The position numbers were made by a program, and so were the translations under genes. Under the pieces are notes generated by a model. That model saw only the letters and a program-made list of their open reading frames with translations, did not search any database and had not been told where the DNA came from. A stretch of 32,742 nt of DNA from an uncultured Gemmatimonadota bacterium (GTDB lineage Bacteria; Gemmatimonadota; Gemmatimonadetes; Gemmatimonadales; Gemmatimonadaceae), in the NCBI GenBank assembly GCA_903906325.1, contig CAIVJV010000085.1, forward strand, positions 1 through 32,742, read 5' to 3'. Every line of letters begins with the position of its first letter. Position 1 is the stretch's first letter. This document shows positions 27,507-32,742 of this stretch, piece after piece.

Positions 27507-28691
27507 TCCCCCGCCTCGCCCTCGCCGCCCTCACGCGGCGCCGCGGCCGCACCGCGCTCACCATCGCCGGCGTCGCCGTCGCCACCGCGATGCTCCTCGA
27601 CATGGTGATGCTCGGCTCCGGGATGCGCGAGAGCTTCCGCGGTTTCATCGAGCAGCAGGGGTTCCAGCTCCGTCTCACCCCGCGTGGGACGATGCCGTTC
27701 GACTCCGAGGCGACCGTCGGTGGGGCGGCGGCGCTCGTCGCCCGGATCGCGGAGGACCCGGATGTCGTCGCGGTCGCCCCCGTGCTCGGTGCCAAGCTCT
27801 TCACCCCGCGTGCGGACTCGGTGGTCCCCGCCTTCCTCCTGGGGATCGATCCCAGGGTGCAGGGGGATTACGTGCTCGCCGAGGGGCGTGACATCGGGGC
27901 ACCGGATGAGATGGTGGTGAATGGCGCCTGGCTCGCGGCGACCGGGGTGCGGCTCGGTGACACGCTCCGCGTGGCCGCCGGGTATGACGCACAACTGCGG
28001 CGGTTCTCCGGCGAGCGCACGGTGCGCGTGGTCGGACGGGGGCGGTTCTTCATGCTCGCCGGCGGGGAGAAGGTCGCGGCGCTGCCGATCGCCACGGTGC
28101 AGGCGATGGGGGGGGGCGGAGCAACGGGACCGCCTCTCGGTCGTGCTCGTCGCCACGCGGCCGGGCGCGGCGGTCGAGCGCGTGGGGCGACGGATCGAGG
28201 CGAGCGACACGCGCGTGAGCGCGCTCTCCACCGAGGCGGCCCTGCGCTTCGTCGACGAGCGGCTCAGCTACTTCCGGCAACTCGCCTTCATCCTCGCGTC
28301 GGTCTCGTTGCTCACGGGGTTCCTCCTCGTCACCACGCTCGTCACCGTCTCGGTGAACGAGCGGATCGGGGAGATCGCGGTGATGCGGGCGATCGGCATC
28401 GCACGCGAGCGCATCGTGCTCCAGGTGATGCTCGAGGGGCTCGTCCTCTCGGTGATCGGCGCGGTCCTGGGCCTCGGGCTCGGACTCGTCACCGCCCAAT
28501 GGCTCAACGGGATCCTCTCGGCCTTCCCGGGACTCCCCGCCGCGTTCGACTTCTTCCGCTTCGAGCCCTCGGCGGCGGTCCGCTCGCTCGGGCTCATCAT
28601 CGGCTGTGGGATCGGCGCCGGGCTCTGGCCCGCGTGGCGCGCGACGACCCTCTCCATCGCCCAGACCCTCCGCGAGGAGGCGGTCGCATGA
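27503..28691 (+). CDS. MacB/LolC-E-type ABC permease, full length, apparent frameshift in a G9 run (28108-28116)
   Basis: N-part 'LTRRRGRTALTIAGVAVATA...GIDP...EGR...GVRLGDTL'; C-part in the next frame 'SVNERIGEIAVMRAIG...LWPAWRA...LREE'. ATGA overlaps at both ends. Confidence 0.87.
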
Positions 28692-29410
28692 CCCCATCGC
28701 ATCCCGTCCTCTCCGCTCGCGACCTCCGGCGCGCCTATCTCGTGGCCGGTGCGCCGGTCGAGGCGGTGCGCGGCCTCTCCCTCGAGGTCCAGGCCGGGGA
28801 GTGGGTCGCGATCGTCGGACCGTCGGGGTGCGGCAAATCCACGTTGCTCAATCTCCTCGGCGCGATCGACCGGCCGACGAGTGGGCAGCTCCTCATCCGC
28901 GGGCGGGACGTCGCGAGGATGGGGGACGTCGAGGCGACGCGGTTCCGGCTCACCGGGATCGGCTTCGTCTTTCAGCGTTTCTATCTGATGCCCACGCTCT
29001 CGGCGGCGGAGAACGTGGAGCTCCCGATGGCGGAGGCCAAGGTCCCACGCGCCGTGCGCGAGGCGCGGGCGCGGGAGCTCCTCACGTACGTCGGGCTCGG
29101 CGGGCGTACCGATCACCGGCCGTTCCAGCTCTCCGGTGGCGAGCAGCAGCGCGTCGCCGTCGCGCGGGCCTTGGCGAACCGGCCGGCCCTCCTCCTCGCG
29201 GATGAACCCACCGGCGAGCTCGATGCGCGCACCGGGGAGGAGATGATCGCCCTCTTCGATCGCCTCAATCGCGACGGCACCACGATCGTCACCGTCACGC
29301 ATGATGAGGAGTTGGCCCAGGCGGCGCGGCGGGTGATCCATATGCGCGATGGGGTGATCGTCGACGACCAGGTGCGGCGGCCGCTGGACCCCGCGCCGCG
29401 CTCCGCGTAA
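28688..29410 (+). CDS. ABC transporter ATP-binding protein, LolD/MacB family
   Basis: Walker A 'GPSGCGKST', 'IGFVFQ', 'LSGGEQQRVAVARAL', 'LLADEPTGELD', 'VTHD'. ATG 28688; the 635-aa ORF-track fusion is a by-product of the frameshift. Confidence 0.95.
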   Translation: MTPSHPVLSARDLRRAYLVAGAPVEAVRGLSLEVQAGEWVAIVGPSGCGKSTLLNLLGAIDRPTSGQLLIRGRDVARMGDVEATRFRLTGIGFVFQRFYLMPTLSAAENVELPMAEAKVPRAVREARARELLTYVGLGGRTDHRPFQLSGGEQQRVAVARALANRPALLLADEPTGELDARTGEEMIALFDRLNRDGTTIVTVTHDEELAQAARRVIHMRDGVIVDDQVRRPLDPAPRSA

Positions 29411-29416
29411 CGCGCG

Positions 29417-30922
29417 ATGCTCCTCCGCCTCGCCTTCCGCGGCCTGCGCGATCGTCCGTGGCGCTCCGCCTTCCTGTTGGCGGGGTTCGCGCTCGGGGTC
29501 GGCGTGATGATCACCCTCCTCGCGATCGGGGAGGCGATGGTCGTCCAGTCCATGGACGAGAAGCTCGTCGGGGGCGGCGATGTCACGGTGCTCCCCGAGG
29601 GGATCGATCTCGAGGTGATGAAGACCGGTGGGGTCGGGGGGATGTTCGCCTCGATCGCCAACGCGCGATTCGTCTATCGGCAGGTGCTCGCCTCGCCGCG
29701 CTTCGCGGATCGCATCGCGACGGTCGCGCCGCAGACCGATGGGGTGCTGCTCTATCTCCGCACGGCGGATGGCACCGAGTACCCGGTCCGCGCGCTCGGG
29801 GAGATCCCCTCCGCGTCACGCGCGGTCGGCGCGGCACCCACCCTCATCGCCGGCGCGTGGGAGGATGACGACGGGGATCGGCGATGGCAGCGTCCGACGG
29901 TGGCGGAGCTTCGGCACGAGATCGATCGCTTCCATCACACCCCCGCCGCGATCATCGCCGAGGAACGGCCGACCTGGGGCGAATGGCACTACTTCAACGT
30001 CCTTTCGGATGACGCGAGGCGCTGGGCCTTCCTGACCCTCGCCGTCGGCGGTGACATCCCCGACGGGCGATGGGGTGGGCAGGTGCTCCTCACCCTCCAT
30101 GCGCAGGGGCGCGCGCCGCGGCGCTTCACGCAGGTCGTCCCGTCGCAACAGATCACGCTCGACACCTCGCGCGCCGATCTCGCTGTGGGGACGAACACCG
30201 TGACGGTCCTCCCCGACGGCCGCTATGAGGTCCGCGCCCGTGCGCGCGAGGACGGGACCGGTGCCGAGGCGACGGTCGCATTGATCCTGACGCCCGCGCC
30301 AGGCGCGTACTTCCCCGGCACCTCCATCGGTGATGCGACGCTGGTGAGCGGGTACGCGGTGCCGGCCCTGCGAGGGACGATCGATGGGACCATCTGCGTG
30401 GAGCGCCGCTGCGAGCGCTACAGTGGGGCACCGGGCTACCACGACCACAATTGGGGCGTCTGGCGCGACGTGGAGTGGGAGTGGGGCGCCGCGCGACTCG
30501 GCGAATTCTCCGTGCTGTACGGGCGCGTGCGTCGCAGTGGCGCGGACGATGTCCGGGAACCGCTCTTCGTCTATCTCGTCGACTCCCTGGGCTTTCGCTC
30601 ACTCTTCCGGCCGAAGGCGATCCGCTATGAAGATGGGCGGACGGTCATGGCGGAGGGTCGGCGACTCCAGGTGCCCAGCCGCGCGGTGCTCGAAGACATC
30701 CGCGGGGGTGACACCCTTCGCATCGCGCTGGAGATCGAGGACGCGATGGCGTCCGACGTGCGGCTCGATCGCATGCGGCAGCACGGGACGCTGGTCCCAC
30801 GCCGACCGGATGCCGCGCGCACCTTCCTCGTGCAGATGAAGGGGACCGCGACGCTCACGGGGCGGATCGGCGGGCAGCCGGTCAGCGGGCGGGGGACCGG
30901 GTTCTTCGAGACGTATCGCTGA
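29417..30922 (+). CDS. Fusion: N-terminal half of a MacB-type permease plus an AttH/CrtC-like lipocalin-fold domain
   Basis: Residues 1-148: 'RLAFRGLRDRPWRSAFLLAGFALGVGVMITLLAIGE...VAP...ALGEIP...LIAG'. From about residue 170: 'WGEWHYFN', 'GYHDHNWG', 'WEWG', ending 'GTGFFETYR'. No C-terminal FtsX helices. Confidence 0.75.
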   Translation: MLLRLAFRGLRDRPWRSAFLLAGFALGVGVMITLLAIGEAMVVQSMDEKLVGGGDVTVLPEGIDLEVMKTGGVGGMFASIANARFVYRQVLASPRFADRIATVAPQTDGVLLYLRTADGTEYPVRALGEIPSASRAVGAAPTLIAGAWEDDDGDRRWQRPTVAELRHEIDRFHHTPAAIIAEERPTWGEWHYFNVLSDDARRWAFLTLAVGGDIPDGRWGGQVLLTLHAQGRAPRRFTQVVPSQQITLDTSRADLAVGTNTVTVLPDGRYEVRARAREDGTGAEATVALILTPAPGAYFPGTSIGDATLVSGYAVPALRGTIDGTICVERRCERYSGAPGYHDHNWGVWRDVEWEWGAARLGEFSVLYGRVRRSGADDVREPLFVYLVDSLGFRSLFRPKAIRYEDGRTVMAEGRRLQVPSRAVLEDIRGGDTLRIALEIEDAMASDVRLDRMRQHGTLVPRRPDAARTFLVQMKGTATLTGRIGGQPVSGRGTGFFETYR

Positions 30923-30947
30923 CCGGAGGTTCGTACCCCCGAACGCC

Positions 30948-31514
30948 CTAGCGCGAGAGCGTGTCCGCCTTCCACCGCCGCTCAGCCTCCTCGACGGCCG
31001 TATTGATCTTCGAGGTCATCAGCAGGATCAGGGGCAGAGTGCCCATCGAGAGGATGAGGATGACGATGTGCATCCCGGCGGGGGCCTCCCCATCACCCGC
31101 CCGCCAGAGCATCAGGTGCACGAAGAGGAAAGTCAGCGCGACGATCACGCCGGTCAGATCGAGCGTCGCGCGCATCAGGGCGATCACCGGGCCATGATAG
31201 GCACGCGGGATCCTCAGGAAGCGTTCCTTCTCCGCGAAGTTGAAGAGTTGTGGATGGCGCGGGAGGATCGCGCCGACGCATTGGAGTAAGAGGAGTGTCG
31301 CCACGCCGATCAGGGGGAGCCCGAACCACTCCAGCCATGAGGTCGGTCGCGTACGCGTGACCGTCCCGGCGAAGTCGAGGTGCGTGGGGACGGTCGGGCC
31401 GAGGCTCGGGTAGATCGCGATGGCGAAGAGCAAGTGCACCGCGAGGATCGCCCACGGGAGGATCCGGAGGAGCCGGTGCATCGGGCCACCGCTGGTGGGA
31501 CCCGGCAGGCTCAT
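30948..31514 (-). CDS. DUF1648 / SdpI-like membrane protein
   Basis: 'IYPSLGPTVPTHLDFAGTV' (P.H..G motif) and about four TM helices. ATGA overlap with the upstream hydrolase. Confidence 0.75.
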   Translation of the reverse strand: MSLPGPTSGGPMHRLLRILPWAILAVHLLFAIAIYPSLGPTVPTHLDFAGTVTRTRPTSWLEWFGLPLIGVATLLLLQCVGAILPRHPQLFNFAEKERFLRIPRAYHGPVIALMRATLDLTGVIVALTFLFVHLMLWRAGDGEAPAGMHIVILILSMGTLPLILLMTSKINTAVEEAERRWKADTLSR

Positions 31515-32742
31515 GGTTGCCGCGCGAGGGCGCGGAGGCCCTGATGGAGATACCGCACCCGACCCGATCCATCGCGTACCAGCAGGAGGTCGATCGGGTC
31601 ACCCATCGGTGGCAGGACCCGGATCCGCTCCGCGCCGAGGAGGAGGAGCGGGAGGGTGACGGGGCCCTGCGTGAAGCGGAGGGTGTCGGACGACGTGGCG
31701 ATCGAGACACGTGTGGCCCCCATCGCATAGGTCCCGACGACCGCACGCTGCTCCTCCGCGGTCCCGACGCGCGGGGTCACCGCGGTCGGTGTCGGACGCG
31801 GCGGGAGGGTCAGGACCGTCTCGCGGACGAAGCGGTCGATCTCCGTCAGCGGGCTCCCGCTCCGGTTGTCGAGCACGATCAGCGCGGCGCGCCGCTCGGG
31901 CCACATCGTCACCATCGCATCGAAGCCGTTGATCGCCCCACCATGTTCCCAGACCCGCGCGCCGTCCTTCCGACCGATGACGAGCCCGTAGCCGTAGCGC
32001 GCGGTCGAGTCACCGGGGATCGGCTGATAGCCGGTCGTGAGGCGCTGCACCGTGGTCGGGGCGAGTACGCGCTTCCCATCGAGCTCCCCGTCCTGCATGA
32101 GGGCCATGGTGAACCGCGCGAGCTCGCCCGCCGTCGAGAAGAGGAATCCCGCCGCCCACTGCGCGGTGTTCTCCGTGTAGGGGCGCACCATCGCCGGCGC
32201 ACTGCCCGGGCTCCCCATGTGGCCCTGGGCGAAGTCGGTGGTCATCACCTCGAGTGGTCGGAAGGTCGAGCGCGTCATCCCCACCGGCCGCAGCACGAGC
32301 CGCTCGGCGAGCGTCGCGAAGCGTGCCTCCCCTGCGCGCTCCGCCACATAGCCCGCCATCGAGAACCCGGGATTGGAATAGGAGATCACCTGCCCGGGAT
32401 CGGTGAAGAAGAGGGTGTCGGTGACCTCGCGGAAGACCTCGCCGAGGGCCCCTTCGCCCATCCGGCCATAGGTGACGGCGTTGTCGAGCCACCCCGCGGT
32501 ATGCGTGAGGAGCTGATGTGTCGTCACCGTCCCCACACGCCGCGTGGCGAGCTCGGGGACGTAGCGTCCGATCGGGGTCTGCGGGTCGAGCTTCCCGGCC
32601 GCGGCGAGCTCCAGGAGCGTCGCGGCGGTCAGCATCTTCGTCACCGAGCCGATCCGGAAGAGTGTGCGCGTCGTCGCGGGGCGCTGGGACTCCGCGTCGG
32701 CGAGCCCCATGGCGCGCTCGTAGACCAGCCGGCCATCGAGGA
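31511..32742 (-). CDS. Serine hydrolase, beta-lactamase/AmpC-like family, 5'-partial
   Basis: 'FRIGSVTK' (SxxK), 'LLTHTAG', 'YSN', 'WEHGG'. The frame runs off the window edge. Confidence 0.92.
   Translation of the reverse strand, partial: LDGRLVYERAMGLADAESQRPATTRTLFRIGSVTKMLTAATLLELAAAGKLDPQTPIGRYVPELATRRVGTVTTHQLLTHTAGWLDNAVTYGRMGEGALGEVFREVTDTLFFTDPGQVISYSNPGFSMAGYVAERAGEARFATLAERLVLRPVGMTRSTFRPLEVMTTDFAQGHMGSPGSAPAMVRPYTENTAQWAAGFLFSTAGELARFTMALMQDGELDGKRVLAPTTVQRLTTGYQPIPGDSTARYGYGLVIGRKDGARVWEHGGAINGFDAMVTMWPERRAALIVLDNRSGSPLTEIDRFVRETVLTLPPRPTPTAVTPRVGTAEEQRAVVGTYAMGATRVSIATSSDTLRFTQGPVTLPLLLLGAERIRVLPPMGDPIDLLLVRDGSGRVRYLHQGLRALARQP

Noticed and set aside
27503-29410. 635-aa ORF suggesting a permease-ATPase fusion
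   Set aside because: The middle third is Arg/Pro/Gly-rich off-frame sequence while the real permease C-terminus is in the adjacent frame. The G9 frameshift and a separate ATPase start at 28688 explain it.
30926-30947. Small hairpin gttcg-tacccc-cgaac between convergent genes
   Set aside because: A 5-bp stem with no U-tract is too weak to call a terminator.
31511-32742. Possible true beta-lactamase
   Set aside because: It has HGG at the KTG position and a C-terminal extension, which fits general serine hydrolases or peptidases.

Overview
A high-GC, gene-dense bacterial window of about 35 genes. It looks like metagenome-assembled chromosomal DNA; Gemmatimonadota-like is my impression only. 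I see no rRNA, tRNA, CRISPR array, transposase or integrase. In order it holds: a partial DUF5916-like outer-membrane protein; an MHS-type MFS transporter; a lipoprotein amidohydrolase and an alpha/beta hydrolase; a DCC thiol oxidoreductase; a Tat-exported iorAB-type molybdoenzyme operon with xdhC and mocA; cardiolipin synthase; an unannotated 32-aa membrane peptide plus a sodium:solute symporter; arginase coupled to a TIGR00300/ArgZ-C-type putative ornithine cyclodeaminase; a stand-alone Rieske protein; a TetA-like MFS; several secreted proteins; a HAD phosphatase with a frameshifted DAACS symporter; an LVIVD-like protein; a rhodanese-Nudix-PAP2-DtxR/MntR run; YceI; a MacB/LolCDE-type ABC system; a DUF1648-like protein; and a partial serine hydrolase. 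The strongest candidate for an undescribed system is the ABC locus (26027-30922). One permease appears split into two complementary genes: the N-terminal half is fused to an AttH/CrtC-like lipocalin-fold domain, and the C-terminal half has its own signal peptide. Two genes carry +1 frameshifts in G homopolymers, most likely sequencing errors. All family calls come from motif recognition by eye; no database searches were run.
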